This document shows, one piece after another, positions 49,216 through 61,139 of a stretch of 64,000 nt of DNA. The DNA is from Ruminococcus sp. (lineage in GTDB: Bacteria; Bacillota; Clostridia; Oscillospirales; Acutalibacteraceae). The position numbers were made by a program, and so were the translations under genes. Under the pieces are notes generated by a model that saw nothing but the letters and a program-made list of their open reading frames with translations, was not told the DNA's origin and made no database searches. Position 1 is the first letter of the stretch; every line of letters begins with the position of its first letter. The stretch spans positions 52,790-116,789 of the forward strand of contig JAFRGI010000026.1 of assembly GCA_017433905.1 (NCBI GenBank), given 5' to 3'.

Positions 49216-51423
49216 GTGAACATGGTCAATTTAACAATTAACGGTAAAGCGGTTCAGGCTCCCGAAGGCTCCACAATTTTAGACGCAGCACGCCTGGCGG
49301 ATATCTACATTCCGACCCTCTGCTATGACAAAGCTGTCGAGGTTTACGGCGCCTGTGGTCTCTGCGTTGTGGAAGCGCAGGGTATTCCCAAGCTGCTCCG
49401 CTCCTGCTCTGCCAAGGTCAGCGAGGGAATGGTCGTCAATACGGAGAGCGAGCGCGTTGTTCAGTCCAGAAAAATCGCGATGGAGCTGCTGATGTCTGCC
49501 CACGACGGCGACTGCGTAGCTCCCTGTCAACTGAACTGCCCGGCAAAAACCGATTGTCAGGGCTACGTCGGTTTAATCGCCAACGGCGAATACGACGCTG
49601 CCATCAAACTGATTAAGAACAAAATCCCTCTTCCTGCTTCTATCGGACGCGTATGTCCCCATCCCTGCGAAAAGGCGTGCCGGAGAAAGAATGTCGAGGA
49701 ACCGATCAATATCGCGCAGCTCAAAGCGTTTGCAGCCGATCTGGATTTGAAAGCGGACAGTTATATTCCCGCGTGCATGCCTTCTACCGGCAAAACTGTT
49801 GCCGTCATCGGCGGCGGTCCTGCAGGTCTAACCGCTGCCTATTATCTGACCATCATGGGACACAGCGTCACCGTTTACGACATGATGGATCAAATGGGTG
49901 GTATGCTCCGCTACGGTATTCCGCAGTACAGACTTCCCAAGGAGGTACTGGACAAGGAAATCGCTATCATTGAAAAGACAGGCGTCAAGTTCGTCAACCA
50001 TGTGAAGCTCGGCAAGGACTTTACCGTTGCCTCTCTGAAAGAGAAAAATGACGCGGTCATCGTTGCGGTCGGCGCGTGGAAATCCAGTTCTATGCGCACA
50101 CCCGGCGAAGATTTAGAGGGCGTATACGGCGGCATTGACTTCCTCAGAGCCGTTATTCAGGGCAATGCACCTGCTATCGGCGAAAAAGTCGCCATCTGCG
50201 GCGGCGGCAATACCGCCATGGATGCATGCCGCACGGCTGTGCGTCTCGGCGCAAAAGAAGTATATGTCATTTATCGCAGAACTCGTAATGAAATGCCTGC
50301 CGATAAGCTGGAAATTGACGAAGCGGAAGAAGAGGGCGTTATCTACAAGTTCCTTACGAATCCGCTCTCGTTTAACGGCGAAAACGGTAAGCTCAAGTCC
50401 GTTACGCTCCAACACATGGAACTCGGTGAACCCGACGCTTCCGGCAGACGCAGTCCGGTTCCGATTGAGGGCAAAACCGAGGAAATCCCGCTCGACAGCG
50501 TAATTCTTGCAATTGGACAGAAGCTTGTCGCCGAGGATGTCTCTGAATTGACTCTCAATAACCGAGGCAATATTGAATCCGATCCCGATTTCTTCACCAC
50601 CGATATGGAAGGCGTGTTTGCCATCGGCGACGCAACTAACAGAGGCGCGTCTATTGCGATTGAAGCCATCGGAGAAGCTGATCGCTGCGCCAAGGCCGTT
50701 GATGCATTCTTAAACGGTCAGGAGCTGGATACTCGTGTACCATACATCAGCAAACGCGACGAGAATACTATTGACTATTCCGACCGCCAGAAACATGACA
50801 GACTCACCCCGAATGTGCTTCCTCCCGAGGTAAGAAAAAAGAACTTTGACGAGGTTTCCCTTGGCTTCACAGAGGATAAAGCACGCGAAGAAGCCAAACG
50901 CTGTCTCGAATGCGGATGCCGCGAGTACTTTAAGTGCAAGCTGCTCAAGGTTGCACAGCGCTACGACATCATGCCCGAGCGTTTTCAGGGCGTTATGCCG
51001 CAGAAATATACTCACGATGAAAATGCGTTTATCGAGAGGAATACGGCAAAATGTATTCTCTGCGGCTTATGTGTACGTTCCTGCCGTGAGGTCATGAATC
51101 TTTCCTCCATCGGTCTGCTTGGTCGCGGCTTCACAACGGATGTCTCGCCTGCATTCGCTCTGCCGCTCGATCAAACCAACTGTAACAACTGTGGTCTCTG
51201 CGTACAGCTCTGTCCGACCGGATCACTGACCGAAAAATTTGCGCTTGAAAAGCAAGTTCCTCTCGATGAGCAATATACGGAGGAATTTGTGGACATCAAC
51301 GGCAACCGTTCCTCTGTGCTGGTATCGCGCTACAACGGTAAGATTCTCAGAGTCATTCCCAACGATGAGATATCTCGCAACAGCGGTCTCAGCCGTGACG
51401 AGCTTATGTCGAAGATAAAATAA
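49216..51423 (+). CDS. Fe-S flavoprotein: NuoG/HydA-type N-terminus with an inserted GltD-like FAD/NADPH module (StnC-like, short)
   Basis: IPTLC...GACGLC...SC, APCQLNCP, GRVCPHPCE, GGGPAG, GGGNTAMD, CILCGLC, CNNCGLC; no H-cluster or Mo domain. Confidence 0.85.
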   Translation: MNMVNLTINGKAVQAPEGSTILDAARLADIYIPTLCYDKAVEVYGACGLCVVEAQGIPKLLRSCSAKVSEGMVVNTESERVVQSRKIAMELLMSAHDGDCVAPCQLNCPAKTDCQGYVGLIANGEYDAAIKLIKNKIPLPASIGRVCPHPCEKACRRKNVEEPINIAQLKAFAADLDLKADSYIPACMPSTGKTVAVIGGGPAGLTAAYYLTIMGHSVTVYDMMDQMGGMLRYGIPQYRLPKEVLDKEIAIIEKTGVKFVNHVKLGKDFTVASLKEKNDAVIVAVGAWKSSSMRTPGEDLEGVYGGIDFLRAVIQGNAPAIGEKVAICGGGNTAMDACRTAVRLGAKEVYVIYRRTRNEMPADKLEIDEAEEEGVIYKFLTNPLSFNGENGKLKSVTLQHMELGEPDASGRRSPVPIEGKTEEIPLDSVILAIGQKLVAEDVSELTLNNRGNIESDPDFFTTDMEGVFAIGDATNRGASIAIEAIGEADRCAKAVDAFLNGQELDTRVPYISKRDENTIDYSDRQKHDRLTPNVLPPEVRKKNFDEVSLGFTEDKAREEAKRCLECGCREYFKCKLLKVAQRYDIMPERFQGVMPQKYTHDENAFIERNTAKCILCGLCVRSCREVMNLSSIGLLGRGFTTDVSPAFALPLDQTNCNNCGLCVQLCPTGSLTEKFALEKQVPLDEQYTEEFVDINGNRSSVLVSRYNGKILRVIPNDEISRNSGLSRDELMSKIK

Positions 51424-51471
51424 ATACAAACACACACATGTTACGTTGTTTGTCAAGCGTCATTACTTTCT

Positions 51472-51563
51472 AAAAAAGCCGCCGTACGGCGGCTTTTTTG
51501 CAGTCTTGAAAAAAAAATCCTTCTAAAAAAGACAGTCCTGACAAAGCAAGACTGTCTTTTTTT
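51472..51563. terminator. Two bidirectional terminators between the convergent stnC-like gene and tuf
   Basis: AAAAAAGCCGCCGTACGGCGGCTTTTTT and AAAAAAGACAGTC...GACTGTCTTTTTTT. Confidence 0.85.
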
Positions 51564-51582
51564 ATTAATGAGATATAATAAA

Positions 51583-52785
51583 TTACTCGTTGATAGCGAT
51601 AACGGCACCGGAACCAACCGTTCTACCACCCTCACGGATAGCGAAACGGAGACCTACCTCAATAGCGATAGGAGTGATCAACTCAACATCCATCTCAACG
51701 TTATCTCCGGGCATGCACATCTCAACGCCCTCAGGCAGAGAGATGGTACCGGTTACGTCAGTTGTTCTGAAATAGAACTGGGGACGATAGTTGTTGAAGA
51801 AAGGAGTGTGACGGCCACCCTCGTCCTTGGTCAGAACGTAAACCTGACCGCGGAACTTGGTGTGGGGATGAATGGTACCGGGCTTTGCAAGAACCTGACC
51901 TCTCTGAATCTCAGTTCTCTGCACACCACGAAGGAGAACACCTACATTGTCGCCTGCCTCAGCATAGTCAAGAGTCTTTCTGAACATCTCAAGACCGGTA
52001 ACAACAACGGTTCTCTTCTCGTCGGTAAGACCAACGATTTCAACAGACTCAGAAGTATTGATCTGACCTCTCTCAACTCTACCGGTAGCAACTGTACCAC
52101 GACCTGTGATGGTGAAAACGTCCTCAACAGGCATCAGGAAGGGAAGGTCAGCCTTACGGTCGGGAGTAGGAATGAACTCGTCTACAGCGTCCATAAGGTC
52201 ATGAATGCACTTGTACTCGGGAGCATTGGTGTCCTTAGAATCGCTGGTAAGAGCAACATAAGCGGAACCCTTGATGATGGGTGTATCGTCACCGGGGAAC
52301 TCGTACTCGTTGAGGAGATCACGGATCTCCATCTCTACGAGCTCAAGAAGTTCTTCGTCATCAACCTGATCGGTCTTGTTCATAAATACAACAATGTAGG
52401 GAACGCCTACCTGACGGGAAAGCAGGATGTGCTCTCTGGTCTGGGGCATAGGACCGTCAGCAGCGGAAACAACGAGGATAGCACCGTCCATCTGAGCAGC
52501 ACCGGTGATCATGTTCTTAACGTAGTCAGCGTGTCCGGGGCAGTCAACGTGAGCATAGTGACGCTTGTCTGTCTCATACTCAACGTGAGCAGTATTAATG
52601 GTAATACCACGCTCTCTCTCTTCGGGAGCCTTATCGATGTTCGCATAATCTACGAAATCAGCGTCTCCCTCAAGGTTGAGAACCTTGGTGATAGCAGCGG
52701 TGAGTGTGGTCTTACCGTGGTCAACGTGGCCGATTGTACCAATGTTAACGTGGGGCTTATTTCTTTCAAACTTTTCTCTTGCCAT
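51583..52785 (-). CDS. tuf: Elongation factor Tu
   Basis: [26 protein letters not shown]; own promoter TTGATT-17-TACAAT at 52840-52868. Confidence 0.99.
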   Translation of the reverse strand: MAREKFERNKPHVNIGTIGHVDHGKTTLTAAITKVLNLEGDADFVDYANIDKAPEERERGITINTAHVEYETDKRHYAHVDCPGHADYVKNMITGAAQMDGAILVVSAADGPMPQTREHILLSRQVGVPYIVVFMNKTDQVDDEELLELVEMEIRDLLNEYEFPGDDTPIIKGSAYVALTSDSKDTNAPEYKCIHDLMDAVDEFIPTPDRKADLPFLMPVEDVFTITGRGTVATGRVERGQINTSESVEIVGLTDEKRTVVVTGLEMFRKTLDYAEAGDNVGVLLRGVQRTEIQRGQVLAKPGTIHPHTKFRGQVYVLTKDEGGRHTPFFNNYRPQFYFRTTDVTGTISLPEGVEMCMPGDNVEMDVELITPIAIEVGLRFAIREGGRTVGSGAVIAINE

Positions 52786-52984
52786 GAGAAATTCCTCCTT
52801 AAGCTTTGTAAATGATATATTTACAATGTATTTTAGATTATTGTACCAACTTTTATGAAAAAAATCAATACTTTTCAATCGTGCAGCAAAACTTTTTTAG
52901 TTTTGGTACACGTTATACGGAAATGTTCATCAGACTGCGACGAAATCCATTTCCTGAGCAATGCATTAGAACCTATTGGAACGC

Positions 52985-55081
52985 TTAGTCCTTCTTGCGG
53001 TCGCTCATAATCTTTTCGGCAATGTTCTTGGGAACCTCGGCGTAGGTGTCGGGCTCCATAACATACTGACCGCGCCCCTGTGTCTTGGAACGCATGTCCG
53101 TCGCATAACCAAACATCTCGGAAAGCGGAACATGAGCAATAACTCTCTGTACGCCGTTGTCAGCTTCCATAGACTGAATCATACCGCGGCGAGAGTTGAG
53201 GTCGCCGATAACATCGCCGAGATATTCCTCGGGGGTAATGACGGAAACCTTCATAATCGGCTCAAGCAGCACAGGATCAGCTTTCTTCATCGCGCTCTTG
53301 AATGCCATAGAACCGGCAATCTTAAACGCCATTTCGGAGGAGTCGACCTCGTGATAAGAACCATCATAAAGCTCAACCTTAACGTCAACAACGTTGTAGC
53401 CTGCCACAACGCCGCTGAGCATAGCTCCCTGTATACCCTGATCAACAGCGGGGATGTACTCCTTGGGGATTGCACCGCCGACAACGGAGTTAACAAACTC
53501 GTAGCCATGATCCTTGTTGGGAAATACGTTAATCTTAACGTGACCGTACTGACCCTTACCGCCTGACTGACGAGCATACTTCTCGTCAACGGAAGCTTCC
53601 TTGCGGATGGTCTCTTTATAAGCAACCTGCGGAGCACCGATGTTTGCCTCTACCTTGAATTCACGAAGAAGTCTGTCGACGATAATCTCCAGGTGAAGCT
53701 CACCCATACCGGCGATAATAGTCTGACCCGTTTCTTCATCGGTGTATGCTTTAAAGGTGGGATCTTCCTCTGCGAGCTTTGCAAGCGCAATACCCATCTT
53801 TTCCTGACCTGCTTTGGTCTTAGGCTCGATGGCAACGCGGATAACCGGCTCAGGGAATTCCATGGATTCAAGGATAACCGGAGCTTTTTCATCGCACAGG
53901 GTGTCACCGGTGGTAGTGTTTTTCAAACCAACCGCGGCAGCAATATCACCGCTGTAACAGCATTCAATATCTTTTCTGTCATTGGCGTGCATTTGCAGAA
54001 TTCTGCCTAAACGCTCTTTGTTACCTTTGACGGAATTGTAAACAGTTGTGCCGGCGTCAACCTTACCGGAATATACGCGGAAGAAACAGAGCTTTCCGAC
54101 AAAGGGGTCGGTCGCAATCTTAAACGCGAGCGCTGCAAAGGGCTCGTCGTCGGAAGCGGGTCTTTCTTCTTCTTCATCCGTATCGGGATTAACACCTTTG
54201 ATTGCAGGAATATCGGTAGGTGCGGGCATGTAATCAATGACCGCATCCAGCATCATCTGGACGCCTTTGTTGCGGTAAGAAGAACCGCAGGTGACAGGAA
54301 CCATTGTGTTTTCTATGGTTGCCTTTCTGATGACGCGCTTAATCTCCTCAATAGAGATGTCCTCGCCGCCGAAGTATTTCTCCATGAGTTCCTCATCCAG
54401 CTCCGCAACGGATTCAATGAGCTTCTCGCGGTATTCATTGGCAAGATCCTGCATATTCTCAGGGATTTCTTCCTCAGAATAATCTGTGCCGTCCTCATTG
54501 TGATAGATTTCTGCCTTCATTGTCACAAGGTCAATGATACCGGTGAATTCGCTCTCCGCGCCGATGGGCAACTGAATAGGCACGGCATTACATTTTAATC
54601 TGTCTTTCATCATCTGAACAACATGGTAGAAATCAGCACCCATGATGTCCATTTTATTAACGTAAACCATTCTCGGTACGCCGTAGTTATCCGCCTGACG
54701 CCAAACCGTCTCGGACTGGGGCTCAACGCCGCCCTTGGCACAGAGAACCGTAACAGAACCGTCGAGCACTCTTAGGGAACGCTCTACCTCAACAGTAAAG
54801 TCAACGTGTCCGGGGGTGTCGATAATATTGATTCTGTGCTTTTTATACTGGTGCTTACTGCCTTCCCAGAAAGCGGTGGTCGCAGCAGAGGTGATGGTGA
54901 TACCACGCTCTTTTTCCTGCGCCATCCAGTCCATGGTGGAAGCGCCGTCGTGGGTCTCGCCGATCTTATGGTTTACGCCGGTGTAGTACAGGATACGCTC
55001 GGTTGTAGTCGTTTTACCGGCATCGATGTGCGCCATGATACCGATGTTTCTGGTTTGTTCCAGTGATACCTGTCTTGGCAT
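52985..55081 (-). CDS. fusA: Elongation factor G
   Basis: [36 protein letters not shown]. Confidence 0.99.
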   Translation of the reverse strand: MPRQVSLEQTRNIGIMAHIDAGKTTTTERILYYTGVNHKIGETHDGASTMDWMAQEKERGITITSAATTAFWEGSKHQYKKHRINIIDTPGHVDFTVEVERSLRVLDGSVTVLCAKGGVEPQSETVWRQADNYGVPRMVYVNKMDIMGADFYHVVQMMKDRLKCNAVPIQLPIGAESEFTGIIDLVTMKAEIYHNEDGTDYSEEEIPENMQDLANEYREKLIESVAELDEELMEKYFGGEDISIEEIKRVIRKATIENTMVPVTCGSSYRNKGVQMMLDAVIDYMPAPTDIPAIKGVNPDTDEEEERPASDDEPFAALAFKIATDPFVGKLCFFRVYSGKVDAGTTVYNSVKGNKERLGRILQMHANDRKDIECCYSGDIAAAVGLKNTTTGDTLCDEKAPVILESMEFPEPVIRVAIEPKTKAGQEKMGIALAKLAEEDPTFKAYTDEETGQTIIAGMGELHLEIIVDRLLREFKVEANIGAPQVAYKETIRKEASVDEKYARQSGGKGQYGHVKINVFPNKDHGYEFVNSVVGGAIPKEYIPAVDQGIQGAMLSGVVAGYNVVDVKVELYDGSYHEVDSSEMAFKIAGSMAFKSAMKKADPVLLEPIMKVSVITPEEYLGDVIGDLNSRRGMIQSMEADNGVQRVIAHVPLSEMFGYATDMRSKTQGRGQYVMEPDTYAEVPKNIAEKIMSDRKKD

Positions 55082-55126
55082 AAAGTCCTCCTATAATTGT
55101 TAGTCCAAATAATTCGAACAAGCGAA

Positions 55127-55681
<555 letters not shown>

Positions 55682-55781
55682 TCAGTTACCCGACAATATA
55701 TAAACATCTGCCGCATAGCAGAAACTTAATTAGCTTAAGTCATAAGAGTTTTGTCAATTCCTTCAAGAGCTCGTCAGGCTC

Positions 55782-56198
55782 TTATTTTTTCTTGGGACGC
55801 TTTGCGCCATACTTAGAGCGACTCTGCATACGTCCGTTGACACCCTGTGCATCAAGGGTACCTCTGACGATGTGGTAACGCACACCGGGGAGATCCTTTA
55901 CACGGCCGCCGCGGATCAGGACAACACTGTGCTCCTGAAGGTTGTGACCGACACCGGGGATATAGGAACTGACTTCAATACCGTTCGAAAGTCTGACTCT
56001 GGCGATTTTTCTCAGCGCGGAGTTCGGCTTTTTCGGGGTAGCTGTCTTAACAGCGGTGCAAACGCCTCTCTTCTGGGGAGAATTCTGGTTAATGGCAATT
56101 CTTTTTTTGGAATTCCAACCTTTCAGAAGTGCAGGAGCCTTTGCTTTCTTCTCAGAAACCTCTCTGCCCTTACGTACCAACTGGTTAAATGTAGGCAT
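55782..56198 (-). CDS. rpsL: 30S ribosomal protein S12
   Basis: [22 protein letters not shown]. Confidence 0.99.
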   Translation of the reverse strand: MPTFNQLVRKGREVSEKKAKAPALLKGWNSKKRIAINQNSPQKRGVCTAVKTATPKKPNSALRKIARVRLSNGIEVSSYIPGVGHNLQEHSVVLIRGGRVKDLPGVRYHIVRGTLDAQGVNGRMQSRSKYGAKRPKKK

Positions 56199-56490
56199 AT
56201 TTTTCCTCCTTTCCTAAACAAAATGGGAATTGATAAACTTTGCGGGCATCCCTTTTGCCTCTACCTATAAAAAGGCGCAGTGATAGAATGCTCCACGATT
56301 ATCTATTATAAACCACCTTACGGCATTTTGTCAAGGCTTTTTTCCGCTTTTATCGCGTCAACTGCTCAAAAAAAACAGACAGCCGCGCAAGCTGTCCGTT
56401 CCTGTTTTTTAACTGCATGTTGACCGGTTTTACTGAATATCCGTGATGCGCGGGAGCCAAGCAGCTTATCGCTCAAAGCCTCAGGCACTT

Positions 56491-57792
56491 TTACGAAGCG
56501 TCCGTTTTCTCCTCCCCTGCAGCGAGCTTTTTTTGCAGCTCTTCTCTGCCAACGGCTAACATTAATTTGATACGGTTTTCCTGATTGACCTTCGGCGCAC
56601 CGGGATCGTAGTCAATTGTAACAATATTGGCGTTGGGGCGGATCTCCTTAATTTTGCGGATCGCACCCTTGCCGTTGATATGGTTAGGCAGACAGCCGAA
56701 CGGCTGGGTACATACGATGTTTTCATAGCCCGTGTCGGCAAGCTCGATCATCTCTGCCGTCAACAGCCAGCCCTCTCCCATCTTACTGCCGTAACCGATC
56801 ACGCCCTTGACCAAATCCTTTGTGTGCGCATACTGGTGAGGCGGCACAAAGTCAAAGCGTTTCGCCGCCTCCACCATCAAGGTTTCGAGCTTGGTAAGAT
56901 AATCAAGAAGCGCCTTGCAAAACTCAAATTTCAGGCGGTTACCGCCGAATATCTTATAATCCTCGATACGGTTATCCACCTTAAACGACGCAAAGCCCAT
57001 CAGACCGGGAACGCAAACCTCACAATCCTGCTCGGCAAGAAATTCCTCCAGCCCGTTATTAGCCATTTTGGAATACTTGACGTAAATTTCACCCACAATG
57101 CCAACCTTAACCTTCGGCACACGGTTGACGGGAATTTTGGAAAAATCCTTTGTCAGCTTGTGGAGGGTCTCGTCTATCTCCTCCAGCGTATAGCCCTTAC
57201 CCTCGACAAGCATATCGTCAATGCGGTCACTCCACCGGTCAACAAGCTCCATGGTTTCGCCTTTATTAATCTCATAGGGCTTAATTTGGTTGGCGAGAAG
57301 CATAAGCTGATCGCCGTAAACCAACCCGCCGACAAAGCGGCGAATCAATGGCAGGGTCAGCGAAAATCCGGGATTCTTCTCCATGCCAAAGGAAAGCGAT
57401 ATCACGGGTACAAACTCAAATCCCGCCTTTTTGAGCGCCTTGCGCAGCAAGAAGATGTAGTTGGATGCACGGCAGCCGCCACCCGTCTGGGTAATCATCA
57501 ACGCCGTCTTGTGCACGTCATATTTTCCGCTCTGCAGTGCATGAATAAACTGACCGATAACAAGCAGCGCAGGATAGCAGGTATCATTATGCACGTATTT
57601 CAATCCCGTCTGCGCAATTTCGGGACCGGTCGTCTCAAGCAGCTCCGCCTTGAAACCATAGTGAATAAAAACATTTTTGAGCATTTTGAAATGAATCGGC
57701 GCCATGTTAGGCATCAAAATTGTATACTCGCGCTTCATCTGTTTGGTAAAAAGCAACCGTCCGGTTTTTTTGTCGTATTTTAATTCTGCCAT
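56491..57792 (-). CDS. 2-hydroxyacyl-CoA dehydratase-like protein (partner of the activase)
   Basis: NDTCYPA, TGGGCRASNY, VGEIYV, GEGWLL, QPFGCLPNH. Confidence 0.82.
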   Translation of the reverse strand: MAELKYDKKTGRLLFTKQMKREYTILMPNMAPIHFKMLKNVFIHYGFKAELLETTGPEIAQTGLKYVHNDTCYPALLVIGQFIHALQSGKYDVHKTALMITQTGGGCRASNYIFLLRKALKKAGFEFVPVISLSFGMEKNPGFSLTLPLIRRFVGGLVYGDQLMLLANQIKPYEINKGETMELVDRWSDRIDDMLVEGKGYTLEEIDETLHKLTKDFSKIPVNRVPKVKVGIVGEIYVKYSKMANNGLEEFLAEQDCEVCVPGLMGFASFKVDNRIEDYKIFGGNRLKFEFCKALLDYLTKLETLMVEAAKRFDFVPPHQYAHTKDLVKGVIGYGSKMGEGWLLTAEMIELADTGYENIVCTQPFGCLPNHINGKGAIRKIKEIRPNANIVTIDYDPGAPKVNQENRIKLMLAVGREELQKKLAAGEEKTDAS

Positions 57793-57819
57793 CGTTTGTT
57801 TCCTTACATTAACGCGGGA

Positions 57820-60723
57820 CTAATCCTTGTCAATCGCGGCGAGCAAGCTGCGAATACGAATCTTGACCGCGCCGAGATTGGTAATTTCGTCAATTTTTAT
57901 CTGTGTATAAATCTTATTTTTCTTCTCGAGGATCTCGCGCACCTCATCCGTCGTAATCGCGTCGACGCCGCAGCCGAAGGATACCAACTGCACCAACTCC
58001 ATATCCTCGCGCGTTGTCACATATTTTGCCGCCGCATAAAGACGCGAATGATAGGTCCACTGATTGAGCACACCCGTAAAGAAGCGATCAACGCGCGAAG
58101 AAATCACATCCTCACTAACAATCGCCACGTCAAAACCGGCGATCAGCTTATCAATGCCGTGATTAATCTCGGGATCAATGTGATACGGTCTGCCGGCGAG
58201 AACAAAGATTTTTTTGCCTTCCTGCTCCGCCTTACGGATAATCTCATCTCCCTTTGACTGCACCTTTGCTCGGTACAGTTCCTGCTCCTCATACGCTTTC
58301 TTTGCCGCCACGCGTACCTCATTAAGGCTGAGATCGGGAAAATAAAAGCTCAGACGCTCATATGCTTTTTTCGGGAAATCCTTGGGTCTGTGAATACCGA
58401 AATACTCTTTGATAAAGTTGACCTTTTTGACGTCCTTCATATTGTTGCGGATAACCTCGGGATAGTAGGCAACAACAGGACAATTGTAGTGATTATCTCC
58501 GAGATGCTCATCAAAATTGTAGGATAGGCAGGGATAGAAAATCGTCCCCACACCGTCGTCAATCAAGCTCTGCACATGACCGTGCATCAGTTTAGCGGGA
58601 AAACAAACCGTATCACTCGGAATTGTCTGCTGCCCGCGGTGGTAGAGCTTACGCGTGGAAAACGGCGAATGTATCACCTCAAACTTCAGTTCCGTAAAGA
58701 AGCGGTACCAGAAAGGGTACAGCTCAAACATATTCAGTCCCATCGGAATACCAAGCTTGCCGCGCAAACCTTCAACCGGCCGATAGGTCTCGAGCAAACG
58801 GAGCTTATACTCATATATATTCATGCCCGTAACGGGCGCTTTTTTTGTAACGGGACGCTCGCACCGGTTCCCGGCAATGTATTTTCTTCCGCTGCCGAAC
58901 GAATTGATTGTCAAACGACAGTTATTACTGCACAGTCCGCAGTTTGTCACCTTGATCTCATGCACAAAGTCGCGCAGTGTCTTCGCGTCGGCAATCCTGC
59001 TGCCGCCTCTGCCCCTGGATTTTTTCATGGCGTACAGCGCCGCGCCGTAGGCGCCCATCAAACCCGCGATATTGGGTCGGACAACCTCCACGCCCATCTC
59101 CATTTCAAACGCACGCAGCACGGCGTCATTCAAAAAAGTACCGCCCTGCACCACAATCTTTTTGCCGAGCTCATCGGGGCTGGATGCACGAATCACCTTA
59201 TACAAAGCGTTTTTGACAACACTCAACGACAGTCCCGCAGAAATATCCTCGATCGTTGCACCGTCTTTTTGCGCCTGCTTAACGCTGGAATTCATAAAAA
59301 CCGTACAGCGCGAACCGAGGTCAACCGGACGCTTGGCAAACAGACCCAGTTTCGCAAATGATTCGATATCGTAACCGAGGGCGTTGGCAAAGGTCTGCAA
59401 AAAGCTTCCGCAGCCCGAGGAACATGCTTCGTTGAGAAAAATGTTGTCAATCGCACCGTTATGGATTTTAAAACACTTAATGTCCTGACCGCCGATGTCG
59501 ATAATAAATTCCACATCCGGCATAAAATATTTCGCTGCCGTAAAATGAGCGATCGTCTCTACAATGCCGTAATCAACGTCAAAGGCATTCTTGATAATAT
59601 CCTCTCCGTAGCCTGTAACGGCAGACGACGCAACGTCGATATCGGAGTTGACCGCGTAAACCTCTTCCAGAAAACTCTTGATGATTTCGACGGGATTGCC
59701 CTTGGAAGGCAAATATTTAGAATAAAGCATTTCGCCGTCGGCATTGAGCACCACACCCTTAACTGTAGTAGATCCGGCGTCCATACCGATATAAGCTCTG
59801 CCCCTGTAACTTTTGAGGTCTTTTTGCCTGACATTCGCCTTGGCATGGCGCTTGGTGAAATTTTCATACTCACCTTTGCTGATAAACAGCGGCTGATTAA
59901 AGGCAAAGTTGCCCGAACCGCGATATTTTTTGACCGCATCAATCACCGTGTCAAAGTCAATTGGCTGTTCGGCGCAAAGAGCCGCGCCACAGGCGACATA
60001 ATAAAGCGAATGGTCAGGACAAATCCCCTTTGTGCCGAGGGTACGATCAAAACAATTACGCAACTCACTCATAAAAGTCAGCGGACCGCCTAGATAAACA
60101 ACCTGACCCTCGATTTCTCTGCCCTGCGCCAGTCCTGCAACGGTTTGGCTGACAACGGCATTAAAGATACTTTCGGCAATGTCGCTCTTGCGCGCGCCCT
60201 GATTCAGCAAAGGCTGAATATCGGTTTTGGCAAACACGCCGCAGCGGGATGCGATCGTATAGGTCTTTTCATACTGCCGGGCGAGACCGTCCATTTCCTC
60301 GAGCGGCACATCCAGCAGCGTCGCCATCTGATCAATAAACGCACCCGTACCGCCGGCACAGGTACCGTTCATCCGCACTTCGAGACCGTTGGTCAGGAAC
60401 AAAATCTTTGCATCCTCGCCGCCGAGCTCAATCACCACATCCGTGCCGGGGATAAAGGTATTTGCCGCCACACGCGTGGCATAAACCTCCTGCACAAAGT
60501 CAATTCCGCAATCCTGTGCAACCCCCATACCGGCCGAACCCGAAAGCGCGACAAGCGCATGCTCGACTCCGTCAATTTCCCTGCGGACACGATTGAGTAA
60601 TTCCGCGATCTTCTCGGTAATCTGAGAGTAATGGCGCTCGTATGTGTTGTAAATCAACTGATTGTTCTCATCGAGCACGACGCACTTAATGGTAGTCGAG
60701 CCGATATCAAGTCCTAATTTCAA
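57820..60723 (-). CDS. Acyl-CoA dehydratase activase with two BadF/BadG/BcrA/BcrD ATPase domains and a DUF2229-type domain
   Basis: GLDIGSTT and GMDAGSTT; ELGGED and DIGGQD; CAGGTG and CSSGCG; SDTVCFPAK, SFGCG. Confidence 0.88.
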   Translation of the reverse strand: MKLGLDIGSTTIKCVVLDENNQLIYNTYERHYSQITEKIAELLNRVRREIDGVEHALVALSGSAGMGVAQDCGIDFVQEVYATRVAANTFIPGTDVVIELGGEDAKILFLTNGLEVRMNGTCAGGTGAFIDQMATLLDVPLEEMDGLARQYEKTYTIASRCGVFAKTDIQPLLNQGARKSDIAESIFNAVVSQTVAGLAQGREIEGQVVYLGGPLTFMSELRNCFDRTLGTKGICPDHSLYYVACGAALCAEQPIDFDTVIDAVKKYRGSGNFAFNQPLFISKGEYENFTKRHAKANVRQKDLKSYRGRAYIGMDAGSTTVKGVVLNADGEMLYSKYLPSKGNPVEIIKSFLEEVYAVNSDIDVASSAVTGYGEDIIKNAFDVDYGIVETIAHFTAAKYFMPDVEFIIDIGGQDIKCFKIHNGAIDNIFLNEACSSGCGSFLQTFANALGYDIESFAKLGLFAKRPVDLGSRCTVFMNSSVKQAQKDGATIEDISAGLSLSVVKNALYKVIRASSPDELGKKIVVQGGTFLNDAVLRAFEMEMGVEVVRPNIAGLMGAYGAALYAMKKSRGRGGSRIADAKTLRDFVHEIKVTNCGLCSNNCRLTINSFGSGRKYIAGNRCERPVTKKAPVTGMNIYEYKLRLLETYRPVEGLRGKLGIPMGLNMFELYPFWYRFFTELKFEVIHSPFSTRKLYHRGQQTIPSDTVCFPAKLMHGHVQSLIDDGVGTIFYPCLSYNFDEHLGDNHYNCPVVAYYPEVIRNNMKDVKKVNFIKEYFGIHRPKDFPKKAYERLSFYFPDLSLNEVRVAAKKAYEEQELYRAKVQSKGDEIIRKAEQEGKKIFVLAGRPYHIDPEINHGIDKLIAGFDVAIVSEDVISSRVDRFFTGVLNQWTYHSRLYAAAKYVTTREDMELVQLVSFGCGVDAITTDEVREILEKKNKIYTQIKIDEITNLGAVKIRIRSLLAAIDKD

Positions 60724-61139
60724 AAGACCGCCTCCGATGGTTTCATCCGCTTTCGCGGCAGAATCACCTTAGAGCCTGTTTTAAGATGCTGCTATGAAAT
60801 CCGCATCTGCCGAGCTGCGAAACAGACTCATGAATCCATTTGTATCCTCATTCCATTATCTTTCGAGACGTTTTTGCCGGTAATCTGCACACCTCGCACT
60901 TCCCTGTAACCCCGTCTCGACACAATTATCTATAATCACTTTATTATAATGCTTTTTCACGCATTTATAATTCTATTATAGAATTATATGTTTCAATTAA
61001 TGATTATATCATTGTTCTCACGCTTATGCAAGCGGCAATTTTCGGAAAACATCTGCAAAAACTATCTTCTCCGCATGGACGGTATATTCGAAAAGGAGGT
61101 TTGACAACCTGTCGGACCTCCCGAAACACGGATAAATAC

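Noticed and set aside
49216-51423. [FeFe]-hydrogenase, formate dehydrogenase or complex I call
   Set aside because: No H-cluster motifs (TSCCP etc.), no molybdopterin domain, no membrane nuo genes.
51568-52815. 415-aa plus-strand ORF opposite tuf, and similar long antisense ORFs opposite pheT, ilvB, ilvC and the dehydratase gene
   Set aside because: Shadow frames produced by codon bias of highly conserved genes; no RBS or recognisable motifs.
61037-61051. CodY box AATTTTCGGAAAACA (and a weaker one near 18000)
   Set aside because: Three or more mismatches in AT-rich DNA; cannot be told from chance without a genome-wide scan.
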